Positions 48,145 through 58,033 of a DNA stretch of 64,000 nt are shown one piece after another (the stretch's first letter is position 1; each line of letters opens with the position of its first letter). Source of the DNA: Candidatus Latescibacterota bacterium (lineage in GTDB: Bacteria; Latescibacterota; UBA2968); assembly GCA_965204745.1 (NCBI GenBank), contig OZ242010.1, positions 3,872,001 through 3,936,000 of the forward strand, given 5' to 3'. Below the pieces are notes generated by a model. The model had not been told where the DNA came from, made no database searches, and was given only the letters and a program-made list of their open reading frames with translations. Made by a program: the position numbers and the translations under genes.

Positions 48145-49131
48145 CTACTTCTGTTGCGATTTCTTCTTGCAAAGCGAAAACAAGAATCCGATTCCCCAAC
48201 CCAGATGAATTGTCGCCAACACCAAAGGGACGAGGACTGCGGCAAAGTCGAGATGGCGGAGGCCCGTGATCAGGCCGCCGAGGATGATGGTCGCAAAGTA
48301 GATGGATGGCAACACGGACGACCACACCGTGTCGGCCAAAATGAGCACATCAGAGATCACCAACCCCAGCACCAACAAGGGCGCGGCGAGTTGCCGGAGG
48401 CGCAGAGATGAGGGATGGATTTTCAGCACCACCGCCTTCTGATGCCCGTAAAAGAAGTACTGATGAAACAAATCCACCAAATTGCCGCGCGGTTGGTAGG
48501 CGACCTCCAACTTTGGGTCGAACCACACGACCTCCTCGCGTTGCCGTAGCCGATAATTGAGTTCGTAATCCTCATTTGCGATTAAAGTGGGATTGAATCT
48601 CCCCACGGCTTCGAGCTTCTGCCGAGGCCACGCGCCCAAATACACCGTGTCCGTGGGGCCTTCAGGCCCTCCCATGCGGTAGCGCGCCCCGCCCGTGCCC
48701 AGAAACGAGGTGGTCGCCATTGCCACGGCCCGTCCGACAAAGCTCTTTCCGACCGGACGCTGAAGGCCCCCAACATTGGCCGCACCCGTTCTGATCAAGG
48801 TAGCGACAACCCGCTTGATATAGCCTTGCGGCAACACGGCATGGGCATCGCAACGCACGATGATCTCCCCGGTGGCTACCCGCAACGCAGCATTGAGGCC
48901 GGCCGGCGTGATCTGTTGGGGATTGGACACGGCGCGCACGTTTGGATAACGCCGCCAAAGCAGATCTGCGGTCGCCATGGTGTCTGAACCATCGGCTACG
49001 ATCACCTCGATGGGGCCGCCGTAGTCCTGCGACAACACCGAATCGAGGACCTCGGGAAGTGTCGCGTCCGCATTGCGCGCTGGGATAATGACGGATACTG
49101 AAGGGAGATGTTTGGGTTCTGACGCTCGCAT
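48145..49131 (-). CDS. Glycosyltransferase family 2 (ExoA-like, paralog of 44130-45164)
   Basis: VSVIIPARN, RCDAH, EDYELNYRL. Confidence 0.88.
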   Translation of the reverse strand: MRASEPKHLPSVSVIIPARNADATLPEVLDSVLSQDYGGPIEVIVADGSDTMATADLLWRRYPNVRAVSNPQQITPAGLNAALRVATGEIIVRCDAHAVLPQGYIKRVVATLIRTGAANVGGLQRPVGKSFVGRAVAMATTSFLGTGGARYRMGGPEGPTDTVYLGAWPRQKLEAVGRFNPTLIANEDYELNYRLRQREEVVWFDPKLEVAYQPRGNLVDLFHQYFFYGHQKAVVLKIHPSSLRLRQLAAPLLVLGLVISDVLILADTVWSSVLPSIYFATIILGGLITGLRHLDFAAVLVPLVLATIHLGWGIGFLFSLCKKKSQQK

Positions 49132-49185
49132 AAAAATAAAGTCTCGCGGAGAAATGAGACCAAAAACGCATTGGTGTCAAGATAT

Positions 49186-52083
49186 TCAACCGAGACGCGC
49201 TCGTGCGGCTCGAGAATAGATATCGCAGAGTTGCCGAATGACGACCTCGTAATCGTACTCCCGCCGCGCCTTCTGGCGGTTGTATTGTCCCGCACGCCGT
49301 CTCAGAGCAGGATCATCGCGCAACCGGGTCAACGCCTCGACATATCCCATAACGTCGTCAGAATCAGCGAGAAAGCCACCCTCGGGCACGTCGATCATCT
49401 CGGGAATCGCCCCCACAGAGGACGCCACCACCGGCAGGCCAACCGCCATCGCCTCGGCTATGCTGTTGGGAAAACCTTCAAACTCAAACTTGGATGGGAA
49501 TAGAAAGACGTCGCTTTCCGATAGCATCTCGACGATTTCGCGGTTCGCAACCGGCCCCAGCACTTGCACTCGGTCTGCCACCCCTCGCTCTCGGATATGC
49601 CGCAGGAGGTTCGCACGGGATTCGCCGGGCGCGTCTCCCACCAGTTGAAAGCGTGCGTTGGGCAAGTGTTCGGCGACTTCCACAATCGCGTGAACGCCTT
49701 TTGCTTCGACGAGCGCGCCGGTGAAGATGACCCTCAGACGGTCGCGCTGATCCAAAACGCGCTCGGGGATCGTGCGAAAATCTACAAAATTGGGCATGAG
49801 GGGGCAAGTTTTATGTGCGAAATCGCCCAGTTCCAATATGGCGCGGTAACTCGGTTGCCCCAATGCCAGAATTTGTGTTGCGTTGTCGAAGATGATGCGG
49901 TAGGCCCAGCAATAGAATCGCGCCGCGATCCCGTCATCGAGAGGGACTTTGAATGTCCCATGCAGATGCGCGATGTACGGCACTTTGGCCCGCTTTGCGA
50001 TCCATGCGGAGGCCAAATTTCGAGGCATGCCGGTGCGCGTAAGAGAATAATTCAAATGCACGAGGGAAAAACGCCCGGAAGATAATGCGCGCTGGATTTG
50101 CCACAAGATTCGCAGATTGCGCCTAACCTCGGTCAGATTTAGCATGGGCCGTGCGGCTGAATGCCCCCGAAATGCTCGGGTGTCGACGAGTTCAAACGCA
50201 AAGGGCGCGGGCAATCCGCGTTCGCACAAAATTTGCGTCCACGTCTCCATCCCTCCAGGCGGCGGCGGGAGTGGCGACACCAGCAACACCCTTGTCGGAT
50301 GTGGCGACGAGGCGTTGCGAGAAGTTGCAATTCGCTTAATTCCAAACGCTAGTCCAATCAGAAAGAAGTGCCCCCAATCCCCTACGAATGGCCCGTCGTC
50401 ATGAAAGAGAGTGACAACTGTATAGGCGGCTAGAGCACCAAAAACAGCCGTTGGGAGAAAGCAGAGTGTATCATCCTGCGAGCGTGCGATAAACCTTCCC
50501 GAGTCAATTAACGACCGCAACACGAGCACGTAAAACAAAACGAGCAAAATCAAGCCGGGAAACCCATAGTACACGAGAATGAACAAAAACTGGTTATGCG
50601 GAGTGTGGGCAAGCAAAACATTCGCGGTCCCGGTAGCCAGTCTCGCGCTTAGATGTGAACGGTTTGGAAAATACCTACCTGTTCCGAATGGATAGTCCAA
50701 TGAATACCGCAATGCCGAAGATGCCATGAGCATCCGGGATTGGGCAGATCGATCAGAGATCCGTAAGACGCGCTTCGTTGCACCAATTCCCCTCTCCTCA
50801 TGGAAAAGTGTGCCAAGGCTCGGGCCATCACTGTTCAGATAGGGAAAAGAATTCCGCCACTGCTCCCAATGCGTTTCACCGGCCGACCGTAGCCGATACC
50901 GATGCCGACGGCTGACGATGTTCGCCCAGTCACCAGGCTCGCGCCAAGTAAGCACCAAGGTCGGATGCTCTGCTTGGGCAGTGAACTCGCGTTCCGCATA
51001 TCCATGGGCGTTTTGTACGCGCAACTGTATTGTATACGCTCGCCTTGGGACCAGATAGGGAATCAGATGGCCTACGGTCAAGCTGTCACTGCCATTGGTG
51101 AGGCTGTCGAAGCCGGTGGCGAGGCCGGTGATGGTCGGGCTGTCGCTGTCAATAGTCGGGCTATTTCCGTCGCCTGCGAACTTGGCAACGATAGACAGCA
51201 CCTGAAAAAATATCAACTGCCCGATTGCAAGGAGCGCGACGACAAGGAGCCAGCGTCTCCAAATCCACGGTCTTCTCATCGACAGCAAGACGACGATGAC
51301 AGCACTGATCAGCACACCGAGAATCGTTGCACGCATGCTATTTAGGATCATCGCCGATACCATGACCATCAATGCGACATACAACGCAAAAATCCTCTTG
51401 GATGCCCGCCCAAAAGGACTGTATAGAAGCACGACAAGAGCCAAGGGGATGGCAACAGTGAGTTGACGACCAAAAGCATTCCGACCCGGGGTCAGCCCCG
51501 CGACCCCCACCTGACCCCAAATCAATGCCAAGTTGTGCTCGCTCACGGTGACGAGGTGCCGCCATAAAGTAAAGAGCGGATCGCCGAGAAAGGTGACGCC
51601 GAGGCCGAACAGCGCGGACACAAAAGTTGCGAGCATGATCACCTGCACCATGAGCACGACCCGACGAGTGCTATCTACGCATAGATACACCGCGAACAGG
51701 ACACCGATGCCCATGCCCATCTGCGCCAATAGAGTCGGATTGAGCGTGTCGGTGAATAGATTGACCGCCAATGCCCATATCAGTAGCAACAGTGCCACCG
51801 CGATGATCGGAATGACCGGACGAAACTCCTCGACGAGCGCGGAGAGGGCGCGTTTCCCAAGCCGGATCGCGCACAGCAGCGTATAGGCGAGCGACAGGAA
51901 GACCGTGATGGCGGCGAGAATCACATTCGGCCCTCCAAGCGGCAACGGCGTGCTGGCAAACCAGAGATGCGCGACAAGGGTCGCCATCAACAGGACGAAT
52001 ATCAGCCCAATTATTGCGTCGTGCCGGGGATTGGAGAACAGTCGCCGACTTCGGTCTGTGGCTGGAGACTCGGCTTTCAACAT
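49186..52083 (-). CDS. Fusion: O-antigen ligase/polymerase-like membrane domain plus C-terminal GT4
   Basis: About 12 TMs with NSMR and TPHNQF (Wzy_C/WaaL-like); then PPPPGG...EGFPNSIAEAMAVGLPVV GT4 domain. Confidence 0.78.
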   Translation of the reverse strand: MLKAESPATDRSRRLFSNPRHDAIIGLIFVLLMATLVAHLWFASTPLPLGGPNVILAAITVFLSLAYTLLCAIRLGKRALSALVEEFRPVIPIIAVALLLLIWALAVNLFTDTLNPTLLAQMGMGIGVLFAVYLCVDSTRRVVLMVQVIMLATFVSALFGLGVTFLGDPLFTLWRHLVTVSEHNLALIWGQVGVAGLTPGRNAFGRQLTVAIPLALVVLLYSPFGRASKRIFALYVALMVMVSAMILNSMRATILGVLISAVIVVLLSMRRPWIWRRWLLVVALLAIGQLIFFQVLSIVAKFAGDGNSPTIDSDSPTITGLATGFDSLTNGSDSLTVGHLIPYLVPRRAYTIQLRVQNAHGYAEREFTAQAEHPTLVLTWREPGDWANIVSRRHRYRLRSAGETHWEQWRNSFPYLNSDGPSLGTLFHEERGIGATKRVLRISDRSAQSRMLMASSALRYSLDYPFGTGRYFPNRSHLSARLATGTANVLLAHTPHNQFLFILVYYGFPGLILLVLFYVLVLRSLIDSGRFIARSQDDTLCFLPTAVFGALAAYTVVTLFHDDGPFVGDWGHFFLIGLAFGIKRIATSRNASSPHPTRVLLVSPLPPPPGGMETWTQILCERGLPAPFAFELVDTRAFRGHSAARPMLNLTEVRRNLRILWQIQRALSSGRFSLVHLNYSLTRTGMPRNLASAWIAKRAKVPYIAHLHGTFKVPLDDGIAARFYCWAYRIIFDNATQILALGQPSYRAILELGDFAHKTCPLMPNFVDFRTIPERVLDQRDRLRVIFTGALVEAKGVHAIVEVAEHLPNARFQLVGDAPGESRANLLRHIRERGVADRVQVLGPVANREIVEMLSESDVFLFPSKFEFEGFPNSIAEAMAVGLPVVASSVGAIPEMIDVPEGGFLADSDDVMGYVEALTRLRDDPALRRRAGQYNRQKARREYDYEVVIRQLCDIYSRAARARLG

Positions 52084-53174
52084 GGGGTCAAAACTCCTAG
52101 ATGCTGGTCGATCAAGGCTTTCGCCGAGTATGCCCGAGCGCGGGAAATCAATAGGCTTGGCGCGATGGGATTGTCCAAGGTGTCGTGCATTGCCTCTGCT
52201 AGCGCGTGCGAATCGCCAACGGGTACGAGGCGTCCCCACTTGCCGCCTTCCAGTATTTCCCGTGGACCGCTGGGACAATCCGTGCTGATCACGGGCGTTC
52301 CACATGCCATCGCTTCGATCAGCACAAGGCCCAATCCTTCGTACACGGATGATAGGACGAACGCTCTCGACTTGGCCATAAAGGCAAACGGGTTGATCTG
52401 AAACCCGGGGAAATCGACCGCGTGCGCGATTTCGAGGTTTCGAGCGAGATCTATTAGGTCGTGCCGCTCAGGCCCTTCGCCGAGCACGACCAAACGCGCT
52501 GGTCGAGACTTCGCCAACTCGGCAAAGGCCCTGATCAAAGTCGCATGGTCTTTCTGAGGCACGAGGCGTCCGGCCGCGAGGATTACCGGCACGTCTGGAT
52601 CGCCGAACCACGGATGTTTTACCGGTTGTCCCGCGTTTTCGGCATGGTCTGGCCATACACTGGGATAGGGAATGATCTGTATGAGATGCGAGATATTCGG
52701 CGCACTGCGCTTGAGATCGTCCGCAACCCCGTCCGAGCACGCGACGACTGCATTGGCGAATGGCAAGAGACGCCTTTCCAGCCTCAGTGCCAGCCGATCC
52801 TTGAAGCCGGCATTGGCATATTCCATCTGAAAATTATTCTCCCGCCGCGCCACCACGCAAAGTTGCTTGGCGAAGAGCTTCTTCACGATCAACGCGACCA
52901 CATTGGCATGGGGCAAAGTGGAAACGAGCGCGTCTGGGCACTCGCGCCGCAGGTATCGCAACAAAGGCAGAAGGCTCGTCAACGTGCGCCGCGCCTTCAA
53001 GTCTATCAGCCGCACGCCATCCGGCAACAACTCGAGGTATGGGCCTTTGGCCTGGACGAGCACCATATCCACGCACAGGCCGCGCTGGGCAAACCCTTTC
53101 GCCAGGTACAGCATAACGCGCTCTGCACCGCCGCCCTCGAGAGAGGGCAGGTATATCGCTATCCGGCGGCTCAT
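52077..53174 (-). CDS. Glycosyltransferase family 4
   Basis: GGAER, GRLVPQKD, EGLGLVLIEAMACG. Confidence 0.92.
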   Translation of the reverse strand: MSRRIAIYLPSLEGGGAERVMLYLAKGFAQRGLCVDMVLVQAKGPYLELLPDGVRLIDLKARRTLTSLLPLLRYLRRECPDALVSTLPHANVVALIVKKLFAKQLCVVARRENNFQMEYANAGFKDRLALRLERRLLPFANAVVACSDGVADDLKRSAPNISHLIQIIPYPSVWPDHAENAGQPVKHPWFGDPDVPVILAAGRLVPQKDHATLIRAFAELAKSRPARLVVLGEGPERHDLIDLARNLEIAHAVDFPGFQINPFAFMAKSRAFVLSSVYEGLGLVLIEAMACGTPVISTDCPSGPREILEGGKWGRLVPVGDSHALAEAMHDTLDNPIAPSLLISRARAYSAKALIDQHLGVLTPC

Positions 53175-54304
53175 AACTCATTTCTCCCAATCATCGCCAT
53201 GAGTGCCTCTACATATCGCTCGGGCGCGTGATGAGAGACCACCCGGTGGTAGCTTTGATGCCCCATCTCCACCAATCGCTTGCGGTCACTCATTATTTTG
53301 TGCAGGCACGCCTCCAAATCGTCGGGGTCATCGCTGCGAAACACAAAGCCGTTCTCACCGGGGCGGATGTAGCACGAGGTGCCATTGGCATGGCTACACA
53401 CCACCGGAAGGGCGTGTGCCATGGCCTCAAGCGGCGAGATTGCCGCCCAATCTTCCCGAGTGGCGAGGACGAACACATCGTGCGAGGCGTAGCACTGCTG
53501 TACCTCGTGTAACGGCAGGTTGACCTCGAACGCAATCACATCATTTAGAGCCAAGCGCTCGCAGTGCTGTTTGAGGTTCTCCAACTCGTTGCGATGCTCG
53601 GCGGTGACGCATTCGCCAACGATTGTGGCGCGAATCGGATACTGCCGCGAAAGTCTGCAAATGGCATCGAGGAACAGGCGATGGTTCTTGCGCCGCTGAT
53701 ATTGGCCCACTGTCAGGATATTTACCGCGCCATCGGCAAACCATTGCTTATCCCTGGGCGCAGTCTGTGGCGGCATGACAAAGGGCACATAGCGCAACGG
53801 ATTACGCACCGGCATTTGCGGGTTGGGCACGCCGAGCACGGGCGTCATCCATTCGCCCCCGGCGACGCGCTGGAAAAGTGCGAGGATGGCGCGTTTCCAC
53901 CCCTTTAGCCGGCGGTGTTTTGGCGTCTGGATATAGAGAACCAACCGCGTGCCGATGAGCTTTGTCGCCAGCACGGCGAGCAGGCCATACGCATGGAAAG
54001 GGTCGCGCACGATCACGGCCGCTGGGCGCGATCTTCTCATCTCGCGCCAAAACTTGGGCACCGGCGGCATCCCCCCGGTATCATCGAGACTCGCACCGAG
54101 GCATTTTGCAGCCAAGCGACGCAGCATCTCAAAGGTCGGCGAGTACCCCAAAACAGTCGGGACTATGGCCTCATGCGTCTCGTTCTGATAGCGCCGCAAC
54201 ACCAGAAACGACACTTCATGCCCCGCTTCCAAAAGTGCCTTTATGGGGAAGTGCTGGTTCGTGTGGTAAATGGGGGCAGTGTACACCAAGTGCATGGTTT
54301 TCAT
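53171..54304 (-). CDS. Glycosyltransferase family 4
   Basis: RRKNH, SPLEAMAHALPVV. Confidence 0.85.
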   Translation of the reverse strand: MKTMHLVYTAPIYHTNQHFPIKALLEAGHEVSFLVLRRYQNETHEAIVPTVLGYSPTFEMLRRLAAKCLGASLDDTGGMPPVPKFWREMRRSRPAAVIVRDPFHAYGLLAVLATKLIGTRLVLYIQTPKHRRLKGWKRAILALFQRVAGGEWMTPVLGVPNPQMPVRNPLRYVPFVMPPQTAPRDKQWFADGAVNILTVGQYQRRKNHRLFLDAICRLSRQYPIRATIVGECVTAEHRNELENLKQHCERLALNDVIAFEVNLPLHEVQQCYASHDVFVLATREDWAAISPLEAMAHALPVVCSHANGTSCYIRPGENGFVFRSDDPDDLEACLHKIMSDRKRLVEMGHQSYHRVVSHHAPERYVEALMAMIGRNEL

Positions 54305-54331
54305 CTCGCATGTTTCGCAAAGACGGGCGCC

Positions 54332-56281
54332 TTACCCATCGCCAATGCGCCAAGTCTCGCGCCACAATTCAAACATCAGAATATTCCAGAGCTGATATTG
54401 CCAGTTGCGAATGCCGGATATGTGTTCGGCCCACGCCTTCCGGATCGGAACGGGATCGAAATACCCACCCTGTCGGAGTCGATCTTCGGCGAGCAAATCC
54501 TCGGCCCAATCGCGCAACGGGCCCCGAAGCCAGCGTTCTATCGGGATACCGAACCCCATTTTGGGGCGGTCGATGAGCCGCTGCGGGACATAGTTATCGA
54601 GCACCCGGCGCAACAACCATTTTCTTTTGCCATCGCGCACCTTCATCGCAGAGGGCAGGCGCCACACAAATTCGACGACGCGATGATCGAGCAGTGGAAC
54701 GCGCGCCTCAAGGCTCACCGCCATGCTGGCGCGGTCAATCTTGGTCAGGATATCGTCCGGGAGATAGGTCGCCATATCCAAGAATTGCATGCGATCCAGG
54801 AAGTTCGGAATGTCGCATCGAACAGTTGAATCCCAGAGGATTCCCCGCGGCTCTTGACCGCCGCGAACTACGCTGGCCGGATCTTCGCAGTGCGTGAGGA
54901 CCCGCCGGTAAAATGCCTCCTGATCCACCGTGCACAGAAGGCCAGCGACTGTGTGAATTTTGCTACCCACTGTCGGCGGTCTGAATGAGCGCGGCAGCAT
55001 CTGGAACGAGTGGTCCCACGCAGATGGTGTGAGAACGCGCAACACAGAAGCGAGCGCAACGCGCAATGGGCGCGGCCATTTTCCGCTCCATCGCCACAGG
55101 GCTTCCGCCTTAAAATAGTGATCGTAGCCCGCAAACAACTCGTCGCCGCCATCGCCAGACAACGCCACCGTCACATGGTGCCGGGCCATCTCTGCGACCA
55201 GATAGGTCGGAACTTGCGACATATCGGCGAACGGCTCGTCGAAAAAAGAGGCGAGTTGGGGCACCGCCGATAGGACGTGATCGGGTGTGACGTAGAGCTC
55301 GGTGTGATCCGTCCCCAGATGTTCGGCGACCCGTTTCGCGTGGTGTGCCTCGTTGTGGTCTTCATCGTAAGAGCCTATCGAAAACGACTTTACCGGCCGA
55401 CTGCTCTGGGCCTGCATCAATGCCAAGATCGTGGAACTGTCGATGCCACCAGAGAGAAAAGCACCGAGCGGCACGTCGGCGACCATTCGCTGTTTCACCG
55501 CGTCTCGCAAAAGACTATCGAGCGATTCTGCGGCGGTTACGTCGTCTGAGGTGGCGTGCTCGCGCACCCCGTCGCGTGCGACCGTTCGCAAATCCCAGTA
55601 GCGATGTCGCCTTTCCTTTCCCCGGCCGCTGATCTCGATCAGACAACCCGGCTCGACCTTTTCGATCCCCTTGAAGATAGCGTGCGGCGCGGGAACGTAT
55701 TGGTACCAGAGGTACGCGGCGAGCGCGTCCCTATCCACCACTGGGCACCATGCCGGATGATCGACGAATGCCTTGGGTTGAGAGCCAAAGAACAACACGC
55801 CGCCGCACCGGCCCCAATAGAGTGGCTTAATGCCCAGACGGTCGCGCACCAAGGTGAGGCATCGAGTCCGATTGTTCCAAAACGCGAACGCGAACATCCC
55901 GATGAACTTCGACACGGCCCGCTCTATGCCCCAGGCCTCGCACGCTTCGAGAACGACTTCTGTGTCAGAGCCGCCGCGAAACCGATGGTTTCTCCCCCTC
56001 TCGAGTTCGCGCTTGATCTCCGCAAAGTTGTACACCTCGCCGTTATAGGCGATCACCGAGTGTCCACTCGCCGAGACCATCGGCTGGTGCCCCGCCGCCG
56101 ACAGGTCGATGACCGAGAGGCGGCGTTGCCCGAGAGCCATACCCGCAGACGCCGAGACCCAAGTGCCGGCGTCATCCGGTCCGCGGCTTTTGAGACGGGC
56201 CGCCATGCGCGCTACGCGCTGTTCGAGCGCGTCTGCCCCAAGCGCGTTTGGCTCTCCGATAAATCCCACAAAGCCACACAT
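54332..56281 (-). CDS. asnB: Asparagine synthase (glutamine-hydrolysing), polysaccharide amidotransferase type
   Basis: MCG N-terminus, RGPD, NGEVYN, LSGGIDSS, SGDGGDELF. Confidence 0.93.
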   Translation of the reverse strand: MCGFVGFIGEPNALGADALEQRVARMAARLKSRGPDDAGTWVSASAGMALGQRRLSVIDLSAAGHQPMVSASGHSVIAYNGEVYNFAEIKRELERGRNHRFRGGSDTEVVLEACEAWGIERAVSKFIGMFAFAFWNNRTRCLTLVRDRLGIKPLYWGRCGGVLFFGSQPKAFVDHPAWCPVVDRDALAAYLWYQYVPAPHAIFKGIEKVEPGCLIEISGRGKERRHRYWDLRTVARDGVREHATSDDVTAAESLDSLLRDAVKQRMVADVPLGAFLSGGIDSSTILALMQAQSSRPVKSFSIGSYDEDHNEAHHAKRVAEHLGTDHTELYVTPDHVLSAVPQLASFFDEPFADMSQVPTYLVAEMARHHVTVALSGDGGDELFAGYDHYFKAEALWRWSGKWPRPLRVALASVLRVLTPSAWDHSFQMLPRSFRPPTVGSKIHTVAGLLCTVDQEAFYRRVLTHCEDPASVVRGGQEPRGILWDSTVRCDIPNFLDRMQFLDMATYLPDDILTKIDRASMAVSLEARVPLLDHRVVEFVWRLPSAMKVRDGKRKWLLRRVLDNYVPQRLIDRPKMGFGIPIERWLRGPLRDWAEDLLAEDRLRQGGYFDPVPIRKAWAEHISGIRNWQYQLWNILMFELWRETWRIGDG

Positions 56282-56390
56282 AGCGTCCCTTTCACGTTGC
56301 CAAAATCAGCCAAAAATCTCAAGATTCGGAATACCCCACGCGCTGATACAGTGCGATATATTCCTCGACGATGCGAGAAATCGAATAGCG

Positions 56391-57704
56391 CTATAACTGA
56401 TAACTCCGTCTAAGTATCGAGACGATAAAGGGGGTTAAAACGACGACCTCGACCAAAAAGTATGTCGTATTGGCCCAGGCTGCACCCGCCGCGCCATAGA
56501 GCGGCACCAACCACACGATGGCGACAACAGAAGCCACGATCCCCGCTGTGGTCGATGCCAGTAGGGGCCAAAAGCGTCCGCTTGCCACAGGCAGTACACC
56601 GAGCACGAAAGAACTGGTCGCAACAAATGATCCGGGAATCATAATTGACAACAGCGGGGCAGCACCTGAGAACTCGGTGCCCAAGATGAACTGGATTATG
56701 GGTTCTCGAAACGCGCCGAGCAACCCAAATCCCACGACAGCGAATGCGATTGCCAAAAGGGTGAAGCGGAGAACCGTGCGGCGTAATGCCGCGCCTTGAC
56801 GCGAGTACCATTGCCTGCTAAATTCGGGTTGCGTGCTTTGCCTGAGTGGCTCAAACGGCCGGGTTGCCGTGTCGATAATCTGTCGCGCTACACGGTATAG
56901 CCCAACATCGGCGGCACTTGCGAGTTGCGCTAGTAAAATGACGTCTAGATTCTCAGCCAACGCCCATAAACTCGTTCTGCTGAAAATCCCCATGTGGAAT
57001 CGCACCACATCCGGCGGAACTTTGACCGAGAACGAACAGAGGAGAGCCGTCATGCCCGCCCGCCGCACAGACATCGTTGCGACAGCGAACATCACCACGC
57101 CATTCACCACGCCGGCGGTGACATAAGCCATGACGACCTCAATCAACCCACCATCCGTCAACCATGCGATTATGAGCAGGGCAACACGGGTCAGCGTGGT
57201 TGCGATGATAACGATCAATCCCAAAGACACGCGGTCAGCCAACCGCAACACCGCCATCGTCCCTGATTGCGTCGCCCTCAAAATGCCCACGACCCCAAAT
57301 AGGAGCACCGCGTCCGCGTGGACTTGGGCAATCCCCAGCAAGCCGCTTCCCGCAAGCGCGAGGCCAGCGATGAGAGCGTAAGCCACGAGCGATAACCCAA
57401 AAGATGCGACCAGCGCGAAACGCAAGATGCGAGACGCTTCCTCCGTGCGTCCTTCGGCCACGGCCCGCGTTGCGAACGTGGTCACTGTATCGCCGCCCGG
57501 CATTGAGAGCAGGCCATGAATCAATGTGGTAACGGCCATGATAACGGCCAGAACTCCAAAGCCTTCCGGACCGAGAATCCTTGCGGACAAGGACACCTGC
57601 GTCAGACCGCCAAGGAGTTGAACCCCTGTTATCGCGCCCATCCAAAGGCTTTGCCGCGCCACGCGACGGTCTGAGGTGAGGTCAAGGCTCATGGGCATTG
57701 GCAA
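56391..57704 (-). CDS. Polysaccharide flippase (Wzx-like)
   Basis: ARILGPEGFG motif; about 12 TMs; first gene of the glycan locus. Confidence 0.82.
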   Translation of the reverse strand: MPMPMSLDLTSDRRVARQSLWMGAITGVQLLGGLTQVSLSARILGPEGFGVLAVIMAVTTLIHGLLSMPGGDTVTTFATRAVAEGRTEEASRILRFALVASFGLSLVAYALIAGLALAGSGLLGIAQVHADAVLLFGVVGILRATQSGTMAVLRLADRVSLGLIVIIATTLTRVALLIIAWLTDGGLIEVVMAYVTAGVVNGVVMFAVATMSVRRAGMTALLCSFSVKVPPDVVRFHMGIFSRTSLWALAENLDVILLAQLASAADVGLYRVARQIIDTATRPFEPLRQSTQPEFSRQWYSRQGAALRRTVLRFTLLAIAFAVVGFGLLGAFREPIIQFILGTEFSGAAPLLSIMIPGSFVATSSFVLGVLPVASGRFWPLLASTTAGIVASVVAIVWLVPLYGAAGAAWANTTYFLVEVVVLTPFIVSILRRSYQL

Positions 57705-58033
57705 GCGGGAAAAAGGCGGCGCGCATATTCGCTCTGCGAGCTAAGAGACATTCGGTTAAAAATCAAAACACTTCAGCCGTGAAACCAGTTCAATATAAAA
57801 AAAATGAAACTATTGTGAACCTAAATTTTCTTTGCGATATGTTTTCGTATTGACACACGCAATTTCTGTCTGTAAGTATATCGGGAAAAACAGCGTTTAG
57901 CCATCCGCATTTCGTCCCCGTACTCGCCCAAAGAGGTAAGAGGTAAGAGGTGGTAGCGGGGTTGGGCTTCTTGCGTCTGCCCTCTTACGTCTCCCGTCTC
58001 ACGCCTTCCTTACGCCTTTAATTGGAGTTTTTC

